Part shown: in pieces, positions 34,841 to 46,790 of the stretch
Layout of the letters: each line of letters opens with the position of its first letter
Numbering within the stretch: the stretch's first letter is position 1
DNA from: Malacoraja senta
Taxonomy: Eukaryota
Direction of reading: 5' to 3'
Length of the DNA: 64,000 bases
Assembly: GCA_038087875.1 (NCBI GenBank)
Contig: CM075989.1
Location: 868,001-932,000, forward strand
Position numbers and translations under genes: made by a program
The notes under the pieces: model-generated
What the model was told of the DNA's origin: nothing
The model's database searches: none
Seen by the model: only the letters and a program-made list of their open reading frames with translations

Positions 34841-37800
34841 CATAGGTACATAGAAAATAGGTGCAGGAGTAGGCCATTCGGCCCTTCGAGCCTGCACCAC
34901 CATTCAATATGATCATGGCTGATCATCCAACTCAGTATCCCGTACCTGCCTCCTCTCCATACCCCCTGATCCCTTTAGCCACAAGGGCCACATCTAACTC
35001 CCTCTTAAATATAGCCAATGAACTGGCCTCAACTACCCTCTGTGGCAGAGAGTTCCAGAGATTCACCACTCTCTGTGTGAAAAAGTTTTTCCTCATCTCG
35101 GTCTTAAAGGATTTCCCCCTTATCCTTAAGCTGTGACCCCTTGTCCTGGACTTCCCCAACATCGGGAACAATCTTCCTGCATCTAGCCTGTCCAACCCCA
35201 TAAGAATTTTGTACGTTTCTATAAGATCCCCTCTCAATCTCCTAAATTCTAGCGAGTATAAGCCAAGTCTATCCAGTCTTTCTTCATATGAAAGTCCTGA
35301 CATCCCAGCAATCAGTCTGGTGAACCTTCTCTGCACTCCCTCTATGGCTATAATGTCCTTCCTCAGATTTGGAGACCAAAACTGTACGCAATACTCCAGG
35401 TGTGGTCTCACCAAGACCCTGTACAACTGCAGTAGAACCTCCCTGCTCCTATACTCAAATCCTTTTGCTATGAAAGCTAACATACCATTCGCTTTCTTCA
35501 CTACCTGCTGCACCTGCATGCCTACTTTCAATGACTGGTGTACCATGACACCCAGGTCTCGCTGCATCTCCCCATTTCCTAATCGGCCACCATTTAGATA
35601 ATAGTCTGCTTTCCTGTTTTCGCCACCAAAGTGGATAACCTCACATTTATCCACATTATACTGTATCTGCCAAACATTTGCCCACTCACCCAGCCTATCC
35701 AAGTCACCTTGCAGTCTCCTAGCATCCTCCTCACAGCTAACACTGCCCCCCAGCTTAGTGTCATCCGCAAACCTGGAGATGTTGCCTTCAATTCCCTCAT
35801 CCAGTTCATTAATATAAATTGTAAATAGCTGGGGTCCCAGCACTGAGCCTTGCGGTACGCCACTAGTCACTGCCTGCCATTGTGAAAAGGACCCGTTTAC
35901 TCCTACTCTTTGCTTCCTGTTTGCCAGCCAGTTCTCTATCCACATCAATACTGAACCCCCAATACCGTGTGCTTTAAGTTTGTATACTAATCTCTTATGT
36001 GGTACCTTGTCGAAAGCCTTCTGAAAGTCCAGATACAACACATCCACTGGTTCTCCCCTATCCACTCTACTAGTTACATCCTCGAAAAATTCTATAAGAT
36101 TCGTCAGACACGATTTACCTTTCGTAAATCCATGCTGACGTTGTCCAATGATTTCACCACTTTCCAAATGTGCTGCTATCCCATCTTTAATAACTGACTA
36201 GCAGTTTCCCCACTACTGATGTTAGACTAACTGGTCTGTAATTCCCCGTTTTCTCTCTCCCTCCCTTCTTAAAAAGTGGGGTTACGTTTGCTACCCTCCA
36301 ATCCTCAGGAAATACTCCAGAATCTAAAGAGTTTTGAAAAATTATCACTAATGCTTCCACTATTTCTGGAGCTACTTCCTTAAGTACTCTGGGATGCAGC
36401 CTATCTGGCCCTGGTGATTTATCGGCCTTTAATCCATTCAATTTACCCAACACCACTTCCCGACTAACCTGGATTTCACTCAGTTCCTCCATCTCCTTTG
36501 ACCCGCAGCCCCCTGCTATTTCCAGCAGATTATTTCTGTCTTCCTTAGTGAAGACGGAACCAAAGTAGTTATTCAATTGGTCCGCCATATCCTTGTTCCC
36601 CATGATCAATTCACCTGTTTCTGACTGCAAGGGACCTACATTTGTTTTAACTAATCTCTTTCTCTTCACATATCTATAAAAACCTTTGCAGTCAGTTTTT
36701 ATGTTCCCTTCCAGTTTTCTTTCATAATCTATTTTCCCTTTCCTAATTAAGCCCTTTGTCCTCCTCTACTGGTCTCTGAATTTCACCCAGTCCTCTGGTA
36801 TGCTGCTTTTTCTGGCTAATTTGCACGCATCATATTTTGCTTTGATACTATCCCTGATTTCCCTTGTTATCCACGGATGCACTACCTTCCCTGATTTATT
36901 CTTTTGCCAAACTGGGATGAACAATTTTTGTAGTCTTTAAATGCCTTCCATTGCATATCCACCGTCAACCCTTTTAGAACTAATTGCCAGTCAATCTTGG
37001 CCAATTCACGTCTCATACACTCAAAGTTACCTTTCTTTTAGTTCAGAACTGTTGTTTCTGAATTAACAATGTCACTCTCCATCCCAATGAAGAACTCAAC
37101 CATATTATGGTCACTCTTGCCCAAGGGGGCACGCACAACAAGACTGCTAACTAACCCTTCCTCATTACTCAATACCCAGTCTACAATAGCCTGCTCTCTC
37201 ATTGGCTCCTCTACATGTTGGTTTAGATAACTATCCCGCATACATTCCAAGAAATCCTCTTCCTCAGCACCCCTGCCAATTTGATTCACCCAATCTATAT
37301 GTAGATTGAAGTCACCCATTATAACTGTTTTGCCTTTGTTGCACGCATTTCTAATTTCCTGTTTGATGCCATCCCCAACTTCACTACTACTGCTAGGTGG
37401 CCTGTACACAACACCCACCAGCGTTTTCTGCCCCTTAGTGTTTCGCAGCTCTACCCATACCGATTCCACATCCTCCAAGCTAATGTCCTTCCTTTCCACT
37501 GCGTTAATCTCCTCTCTAACCAGCAACGCTACCCCACCTCCTTTTCCTTTGTCTCTATCCCTCCTGAACATTGAATATCCCTGGATGTTCAGCTCCCAGC
37601 CTTGGTCATCCTGGAGCCATGTCTCCGTGATCCCAACTATATCATAATCATTAATTGCTATCTGCACGTTCAACTCATCCACCTTATTACGAATGCTCCT
37701 TGCATTGAGACACAAAGTCTTCAGGCTCGTTTTTACAACGCTCTTACCCCTTATACAATTATGTTGAAAAGTGGCCCTTTTTGATTTTTGCCCTGGATTT

Positions 37801-38024
37801 GTCTGCCTGCCACTTTTACTTTTCACCTTGCTACCTATTGTTTCCGCCCGCATTTTACACCCCTCTGTTTCTCTGCTCACCCATTTAAGAACCCCACCAC
37901 CTCTTATTCTCTGTTTATTATTGTTTTCTTCTTTCCCCCCTACATGTTGGGTCTGAGTGCTTTCCTTCTCTGCCTCCTGCCTCACACACTGTCTAATAGC
38001 TTTCTCTATTTGAGTCCCTCCCTC
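34841..38024 (-). mobile_element. CR1 LINE with near-complete ORF2 (APE plus RT), frameshifted
   Basis: CLNARSIRNK, GITETWL, MGDFN, QHGF and FADD motifs; AAATA on both flanks. Confidence 0.93.
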
Positions 38025-38322
38025 AAATAAAACCAGCCGCCGAATCTTCTCTTCAGGTAAGGCTTATCCAACAGGTAATACCTGGATGAGGAAGCAAAAG
38101 CTGATGGACTAATCAAGGTACCGACGACGAGCAAAGCTTCATCGTTTCGGCGACGACACACCCCATGCCTTTATCAGCAGTAAGCGGTTCACTAAAGCTG
38201 GTGGCAGCTTGAAAGCTGGACAGAGGTCTTTCAGGCCAAGGCCCAAGCCGGTCTCAGGAAAAATATGGAATCCACGTACCCTACCAGTCCTACATTCCAA
38301 TCAAGGACGGAAATAGAACCAG

Positions 38323-39065
38323 CATCAATTCAATTCAAGTTTATTGGTCACATACTCAATTATACAGGTATAACCAGTAGTGAAATGCTTAAGTGCCTGT
38401 CCAGTTGTGCATGGTTCCCCACTTACACATAACCCACATAAAACAATACCCACATATAACACATAATACCACATAACCCACATAAAACAATACCTACATA
38501 TAACACATACCCCATAAATATACCACATAACAAGTAGTGCTGTTACAAGCAAAGTGACAAGTGCCGTGGAACACCTGTGATGACAGCATGTTCCATCCAG
38601 TTCAGTCCCATGTGTGTGTGTTTGATGGTGGCGAGGCGGGACGGGGCGGGGGGTTTGGGCGGGGCTGCAGGTGCTGGTGAGGAGGGTGGGGAGGGTTTGG
38701 GCGTTGGTCTGGGGGGGGTAGGGGGGGGGCGGCGACACTCCGTCCTCGTTCTGCAGTCTCATGGCCTGGGGAAAGAAACTCCTCCTCATTCTCTCCGTGT
38801 TGGCCCTGAGCAGCCGGTACCATTTCCCTGAGGGCAGCAGGGAAAACAGTCTGTTGTTGGGGTGAGTGTGGTCCTGGATAATCCTCCTGGCTCTTGACCT
38901 GCAGCGCTTGGTGTAGATGTCCTGCAGGTTGGGAAGGGTGGTTTTGATGGTCCGCTCAGCTGAGCGAACCACCCTCCTCAGAGCCAGTTGGTCCCTCTTG
39001 ATGGTGTTCCCCATCCAGGTGATGATGCTCCCACTCAGGATGCTCTCCACAGTATGGGTGTAGAA
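38323..39065 (-). mobile_element. Rex1/Babar-like LINE 3' fragment
   Basis: FYTHTVESILSGSIITWMGN and RRSFFPQAMR motifs; (TTGAA)n tail. Confidence 0.75.
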
Positions 39066-39286
39066 TGGGGGCCTTTGGGCTTCCAATAAGACCACCGGTA
39101 ACCGGTCTGGTTCTTCCGAAACATGGGGTATGTGGACCATTTACAAGTTGGTCATATTTACACTTGTTCTTTTCTACAAATGACAATCATAACATGAGAT
39201 TCAGATCTGTTTTTAAACTAAAATGATAATATGTGATTAGTTTATACTGCACAGTATACAAGGGTTCCAAGCATGGCTTGGAATTG

Positions 39287-39612
39287 GGGCCAGAGTTGTC
39301 TTTCGAGGCAGGCTCAGTATTGTGGCCAGGATTGCCTTCCGAGACAAGCTCGGAAATATGGCCAGAGTTGTCTTTCGAGGCAGGCTCAGAATTATGGCCA
39401 GTTGTCTTTCGAGGCAGGCCCAGTATTATGGCCAGGATTGCCTTTCAAGACAGGCTCGGAAATAAGGCCAGAGTTGTCTTTCGAGGCAGGCTCAGAATTA
39501 TGGCCAGAGTTGTCTTTCGAGGCAGGCTCAGTATTATGGCCAGGATTGCCTTTCGAGAGAGGCTCGGGAATCTGGCCAGAGTTGTCGTTCGAGGCAGGCA
39601 TGGAATTGTGGC
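39287..39612. repeat. 36-bp minisatellite (9 units) with a 108-bp higher-order period
   Basis: Unit types GGCCAGAGTTGTC.. (A) and GGCCAGGATTGCC.. (B) occur in the order ABA-ABA-ABA. Confidence 0.9.
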
Positions 39613-42474
39613 AGGCGTGGCCTGTTCATTGTGAAAGATGGAGGATGTTGGTTCATCCTTGATTTAACTCGCATGTGCAATATAGACTTTTCAGAATAGG
39701 AAACTTCGTTACTGTCTAACAACTGATGTCCATAAGATCTTTATGGCATGCATTGATCTCAAAGGTATATACTATTCAGGTCCCATTCACAGGGATCACC
39801 GGAGACATTTGAAATTTTTCTGGATGGGGCAATGAAAACAGTTAAAGCGTTGCAAAATGGGCTAACTTCAGCTACCAGGTTATTTACCAAATTACTAAAA
39901 CCGGTGCTTGGACTGCTCAGAGCTCAAAAACACTTGGTATGGCTTAACTGGATGATATTCTAAACGCTGTACTTTGCTAAAATCAACTGTTTCAGCCGCA
40001 AACTATATTTGAGAAATTGAGGTTCCTCATCCATCCAGTTAAATTTAAGTTGATACCAACTAGAGTTATTGATTATTGGGATTTACCTTTAACTATTAAT
40101 TTGTCTGTGACTCCGCCCTGGGGCAAGAGATTGGAATTAATAGAAGCCTGTAACAACCTTGTTGTTATGAAGCAGCCTTCTATTCATCAAGTGTAATTGG
40201 CAATATAGTAGCTGTGTTTCATCTGTGCAAGTTGGGCCTTTGCATTAGCAGAACTTGCAACGTGCAAAGTAGTAACCTCTCAAGTGCAATGTAGGTCATT
40301 ATTAACAGACCTATGCTATTACCAGCTGAAGCTACCAAAGTCACAATGGTGGACGAACAATATTCAACATTGCTCCAGTAGTTTTTGGTCAGTAAATCTT
40401 CAGTTATATTGCAAACTGATGCTAGTTCTCAAAGATGGAAAATTACGAATGCCATCTCTAGTCACGGAGGCGGATGGGATTTGCATGAGTTACCAATTCT
40501 TCAGTTATTGGTATCAACTACCGATAGACACTAGGTGCATTCTATGGGTTAAAGGGTTATTGTGCGAATATGCATAATCTGCATGCTCAATTCCAAGTTG
40601 ATATACTGTGGTGGTGGCATATGTTAGTCACATGGGTGCAATCAAGTCAAAGTATCCTGTCATAATTTACCTAACCTCATTTGCCGCTGGTGTATCACCA
40701 CGTAAATCAATGACAACACAGAATGGATGTTGGATCACAAAGTATTTTATGACATTATGGCTCGATGGAACACCGAATATCGATATGTTTGCATCCAGGC
40801 TCATTCACCGGTTGCAAAAATATGTGGCATAACAGTGGCGAGAGATACATTCTCGCTACATGGGGTAGGAATTTTCTTTTCTGTCTTTCCTCCATTTTGC
40901 CTCATCAGTCAGGTCTTGCAATAAATTCAGCAAGATCCCGCTTCAGGTTTTTCAAACTGTCTGACTGGCCTATGCAGCCATGGTTCCCGCTTATGCTGGG
41001 AATAATAATAGAACCTTATATGGTTATTCTAAACATAAATCATTGCTGGTTCAGCCTGTGACTCGGGAAACCAGCCTCTGCATGATAAAATCAATTAATT
41101 GACTTGCAGACTCTGAGACGACTGTTCCTGCGGCTCGGTTTGTCAGACCGATCCATGTATGTGCTCACTGCAGAGTGCAGAGATAGCACAAAAAAAAACA
41201 GTACATTTCCTCTTCAGGAGATGGGAAGCGTTTTGTTTAAATGCTAATGTTACATATAATTTGGCAGAGACAACTGACGTCTTGGAGTTCATTTTCAAAT
41301 GGGTCCTTGACAATAAATTAAGTTATAGTGCCATTAACTGTGCCAAATGTGCCTTCTCATCATATTTGCTGAAGAGGGTGAGACTGTCGGGTCTCACCCT
41401 CTGATATCCAGTTTATAAAGGATATCTTTAACACAAGTTCTCCCAGGCCCAAGTACACGGAAGTATGGGATATTGACATTATGTTAACACTACCTCACCA
41501 GGGGGCTCCAGCTACATCCTTATCTTTGGGCCAGCTCTCATAAGGTAGTTATCCTCATGGCGCTGATCTCAGCGCAACGGGTCCAGTTACTACATAAATT
41601 GCGACTGGACAGGATGGTTACATCTGCATATAATATAATATTTTATGTTCATGATTTAGTTAAGCAGGGCAGCCCAGGGTCGTCAGGTTTCAAACTAGTT
41701 TCATGGCATACCCCATGGACCTTCGGTTATGTGTGGTCACACCTTTACAACAATACATCAAGGTCACCTAGAGCCTTAGAGGCTCTGATACTAGCAATTT
41801 ATGTTAGTTACAAAAAACCTCATAAGAAGGTATCAGTTCAGACCATCTCCAGGTAGTTAAAACGGGGTTTTGGCTTATGCAGGAGTAGATACTAATATTT
41901 TCAAATCTAACTCCACCAGGGCTGCTACAACATCACCAGCAAGGGTTATGTACGTTCCGCTGGACCACATCCTAGCGGCTGCAGGATTGTCTAACGAACG
42001 AGCTTCCAAACATTTTATAATAACCCATTGCCAGACCGGGGGTATTTGCCAACTCTATTTTAGGTTCTATTTTATAGTTTCCTCCCGGATGAGATGGGTT
42101 ACTATTATTATTATTTGTTCATTAAAAAACATCAGCATGTTTTAAATCTATGTCATGTCTGTATGCATTATGAATGTTTCCCTTATCTGTGGTCAACTGA
42201 TGCAGTTGTGCTTGTGTGGACTCATTTTCACGGCATGATATCACAGAGCTTTGAAATCTAAACGTAGTCACTCACGTGACTCCGAAGTAAAATAGTGAGA
42301 TTAAACGTGAACTAACCAGTTTGAAGTTTTGTAATGTATTCATGCATATTCATTATATGCTAATGAGTTGGTTTTGTATAAAAGTAGGGAATGTTGGGTA
42401 ATAAAACTCTCTTGTGATCCAGCCAGCCTGCGTGTAAATTATTGTTCATTCTGCTGTCCGTAATATAACAAAAT

Positions 42475-42492
42475 TGGCGACGAGGATGGGAT
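42475..42492 (+). promoter_or_regulatory. Primer-binding site, tRNA-Ser(GCU)-type
   Basis: TGGCGACGAGGATGGGAT, starting after a 4-nt spacer downstream of the 5' LTR, is complementary to the 3' end of vertebrate tRNA-Ser(GCU) as recalled. Confidence 0.8.
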
Positions 42493-42888
42493 AGAGATTG
42501 TGAACTCATCCTTTAAATACAGTGCAGGACTGTTTTGCAACACGCAGGATTGTTTAACAGTTTAAACAGTAAATACGGAGTTGTGTCGCAGTTGTTTGCG
42601 AGCTGGACATGAGAGGCTTGCAGATCCTTCTATGCAGGGGGCTGTAGTTTAAAACAGCAGCTGGATAAATTGGCGAGAGTTTGTCAGTCTATCTCTATGA
42701 TGTGTCTACGTGGCAAGATGTCATCCTTGGGAGTGTATAACATTTTGGACTGAGGTTTTTTTTGTCGAATTCCTCAAGCTGAATAGTCTTTGTACAGCTA
42801 ACTTTTAGGTGAATTGCTACACCAGAATAGACAGGAATTTGGGGGTTTTGAACGGACCTTTTAATTTAAAAAAAAAGAGAACGACACG

Positions 42889-43869
42889 ATGGCAGCGTCC
42901 ACAGGCTACATCGGAAACCTTGGAACTTTTGACAAGAGTAGAGAGCGGTTCAGCTCCTATATGGAGAGAGCAAACATGTTTTTCATGGCAAACAATATAT
43001 TGGAGATTAGTGGTGAAGGAGAGGTGGTGGCTGAAACAAATAAGGCCGTTTGCGAACGCATGAAAGCGATTCTGCTCACGGAGATAGGGCCTGAAGTGTA
43101 CGGCACACTCGTGAATCTCCTTGCACCCTTAATGGCAAAAGACGTGCCTTTCAATGACATTATAAATAAGTTGGAGGAGCACTTCAACCCAAAGCCTCTG
43201 GAAATTGCAGAAAGCTATAAATTTGGCACTAAAAACCAGAAGCAGAATGAGACAATCAATGAGTACATTGTTGCCTTGAAAAATGTAACTTTACACTGTA
43301 ACTTTGGAACATTTCTTGGACGAGCATTACGCGACAGATTTGTTTGTGGTCTGGTGGATGAACGAATTCAGTCCAAACTGATGAACACTCCAGATCTCAC
43401 ATTCGAGAAAGCATGCAGGATTGCTACCACAATAGAGATGGCATCAAAGAATGCTCGCGAGTTTTGCCCACCACGAACTGCAGTGGCCGTTTACAGTCAC
43501 AAGGCAGTGCCTATGGCCAAACCAAGAGGTGCTAAACCAAAACCGAAGTATGGCGGGAAGTATTATCGTTGCAACAGTAATCACTCCTCCCAATTTTGTC
43601 AGTTCAAAATGGCCAAGTGCTATAACTGCCAGAAGAAAGGCCATATCACCTCAGCATGTCGGGCCAAGCATAAAACAGGAAACCAACAATCTGCGGGAAT
43701 TAAGCAACAACACCGCAGAGAAGTTCACAACTTGGAGGTGAACCCAGATGTAAATGAACTTGGGTTGTACACCATTTATGCAACCAACATCGATAAGCCT
43801 ACAACCAGCCAAGGCAAGGACTTTCGAACTAAACTATTGATTAATGAACAGTTAATCGATATGTATTGA
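42889..43869 (+). CDS. Gypsy gag (open 326-aa frame with CCHC zinc knuckle)
   Basis: LRDRFVCGL and CYNCQKKGHITSAC motifs; the protease DTAA motif follows in a shifted frame. Confidence 0.8.
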   Translation: MAASTGYIGNLGTFDKSRERFSSYMERANMFFMANNILEISGEGEVVAETNKAVCERMKAILLTEIGPEVYGTLVNLLAPLMAKDVPFNDIINKLEEHFNPKPLEIAESYKFGTKNQKQNETINEYIVALKNVTLHCNFGTFLGRALRDRFVCGLVDERIQSKLMNTPDLTFEKACRIATTIEMASKNAREFCPPRTAVAVYSHKAVPMAKPRGAKPKPKYGGKYYRCNSNHSSQFCQFKMAKCYNCQKKGHITSACRAKHKTGNQQSAGIKQQHRREVHNLEVNPDVNELGLYTIYATNIDKPTTSQGKDFRTKLLINEQLIDMY

Positions 43870-44090
43870 CACGGCAGCAGATTGTTCGGTCATGAGCAAA
43901 GACCTGTACGAAACAAATTTCCCACAGATACCATTGTTTGAGAGGAAGGTCAAGCTGAGAACCTACTCGGGTGAAGTTTTGGAGACTTGTGGTCAAATGA
44001 ACTGTAAAGTTCAGCATAATGGTCAGTCGGTAAAACTGCCCATCATAGTAGCCAGCTACAGAAATAAACCATCCCTCCTTGGAAAGATGG

Positions 44091-44185
44091 TTTTCTGAAG
44101 AAGGGTTTCGGCCCGAAACGTTACCTATTTCCTTCGCTCCATAGATGCTGCTGCACCCGCTGAGTTTCTCCAGCATTTTTGTGTA
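44091..44185 (+). mobile_element. Short Penelope-like pLTR fragment with hammerhead core
   Basis: CTGAAGA-A-GGGT TTCG GCCC-GAAAC-GTT; TSD CCTCCTTGGAAAG at 44074-44086 and 44186-44198. Confidence 0.75.
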
Positions 44186-45073
44186 CCTCCTTGGAAAGGA
44201 TTGGCTGAGTAGAATAGAATTAGACTGGAAGAACATTTTTAGCGTCAATTTGTCCAAATCACGTCTTGAAAACGTCATAAGCAAACATGCAAACATTTTT
44301 GCTGACAGTGACACAGGAATAACAGGGTACTCTGCACACATTCGACTTAAGCTAGATGTGAGGCCTGTGTATTGTCGACCAAGACCTGTACCATATGCAC
44401 TAAAGCAACAAGTGGAGGTAGAACTCGACAGATTAGAGCGTAATGGAGTACTTGTGAAGACAGACCAGAGTAAATGGGCAACGGCAATTGTGGCCGTACC
44501 CAAGGCTGATAAAACTGTTTGACTATGTGGTGATTACAAAGTCACAATCAACCAAGCCGTTGATGACGAACAATATCCGTTACCAACCTCACAAGATCTA
44601 TACGCAGAACTTAGCGGAGCAAGAGTCTTCACTAAACTGGATTTGTCTCACGCTTACGCCCAACTCAATGTCGATAAGGAAAGTCAGCAGTACTTGACTG
44701 TCAACACACATAAGGGCTTGTATTCGTATACAAAGCCGCCCTATGGTGTGAAATCCTCCCCGAAAATGTTTCAGTCTGTCATGGACCAAATGTTACAAAG
44801 CATTCCGCACTGTGTGTGCTACCAGGATGACCTAATGATATTCACAGAAGGCATGGTAGAACATCTGAAAATCCTCGAGCAAGTTCTCATAAGACTGAAC
44901 TGCCACAATGTCAAACTGCGTCAAAGTAAATGTGCATTTGCGCAGTCAGAGGTGGTCTACCTTGGACTCAAGGTAGACGCCAACAGACTTCGCCATGTGA
45001 AAGCGAAAGTTGAAGCAATAGTGAATGCTCCAAAACCCAACAATGTGTCAGAGCTACGATCATTCCTTGGGAT

Positions 45074-46584
45074 ATAACCATAACAGCACGGAAACAGGCC
45101 ATCTCGGCCCTTCAAGTCCGTGCCGAACATTTTTTGTTATTAATTATTTTTTTTACTTCCGCCTAGTCCCATCTACCTGCACTCAGACCATAACCCTCCA
45201 TTCCTTTCCCGTCCATATACCCATCCAATCTATTTTTAAAGGATAACATCAAACCTGCCTCCACCACTTCCACTGGAAGCTCATTCCACACAGCTACCAC
45301 TTTCTGAGTAAAGAAGTTCCCCCTAATGTTACTCCTAAACTTCTGTCCCTTAATTCTCAAGTCATGTCCCCTTGTTTGAATCTTCCCTACTCTCAATGGG
45401 AAAAGCTTATCCACGTCCACTCTGTCTAACCCGCTCATAATTTTAAAGACCTCTATCAAGTCCCCTCTTAACCTTCTGCGCTCCAAAGAATAAAGACCTA
45501 ACTTGTTCAACCTTTCTCTGTAACTTAGTTGCTGAAACCCAGGCAACATTCTAGTAAATCTCCTCTGTACTCTCTCTATTTTGTTGACATCCTTCCTATA
45601 ATTAGGCGACCCAAATTGTACTCCATACTCCAGAATTGGCCTCACCAATGCCTTGTACAATTTTAACATTACATCCCAACTTCTATATTCAATGCTCTGA
45701 TTTATAAAGGCCAGCACACCAAAAGCTTTCTTTACCACCCTATCTACATGAGATTCCACCTTCAGGGAACTATGCACAGTTATTCCTAGATCCCTCTGTT
45801 CAACTGCATTCCTCAATTCGCTACCATTTACCATGTACGTCCTATTTTGATTTGTCCTGCCGAGATGTAGCACCTCACATTTGTCAGCATTAAACTCCAT
45901 CTGCCATCTTTCAGACCACTCTTCCAAATGGCCTAAATCTCTCTGTAGACTTTGAAAATCTACTTCATTATCCACAACACCACCTTAGTATCATCTGCAT
46001 ACTTACTAATCCAATTTTCCACACCATCATCCAGATCATTGATGTACATGACAAACAACATTGGACCCAACACAGACCCCTGAGGCATGCCACCAGTCAC
46101 CAGCCTCCAACCTGACAAACAGCCATCCACCATTACTCTCTGGCATCTCCCATTCAGCCACTGTTGAATCCATCTTGCTACTCCACCATTAATACCCAAC
46201 AATTGAATCTTCTTAACCAACCTTCCATGAGGAACCTTGTCAAAGGCCTTACTGAAGTCCATATAGACAACATCCACTGCTTTACCCTCATCAATTTCCC
46301 TAGTAACCTCTTCGAAAAATTCAAGAAGATTAGTCAAGCATGACCTTCCAGGCACAAATCCATGTTGACTGTTCCTAATCAGACCCTGCTTATCCAGATG
46401 CTTATATATATTATCTTTAAGTATCCTTTCCATTAATTTGCCCACCACTGACGTCAAACTAACAGGTCTATAATTGCTAGGTTTACTCTTAGAACCGTTT
46501 TTAAACAACTGAACAACATGCGCAGTACGCCAATCCTCCCGCACTATTCCCGTTTCTAATGACATTTGAAATATTTCTGTCATA
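45074..46584 (-). mobile_element. CR1 LINE (second subfamily), 5'-truncated
   Basis: [19 protein letters not shown] and YADD motifs; GGAT duplicated at the insertion site in the Gypsy RT/RNH linker. Confidence 0.92.
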
Positions 46585-46790
46585 GGATGGTGCAGTTCTA
46601 TGCACGATTCCTTCCAGATTTAGCAACTGTGCTAAAGCCACTTCATCATCTGCTACAAAAAGATGTGAAATGGACGTGGGGAAAGGAACAGCAACATGCA
46701 TTTGACATCTGCAAGGAGAACTTGATAAGTGACAAACTTCTTTTTCACTATGATACGACACGCAAGATGAAACTTGCTTGTGATGCTTGT

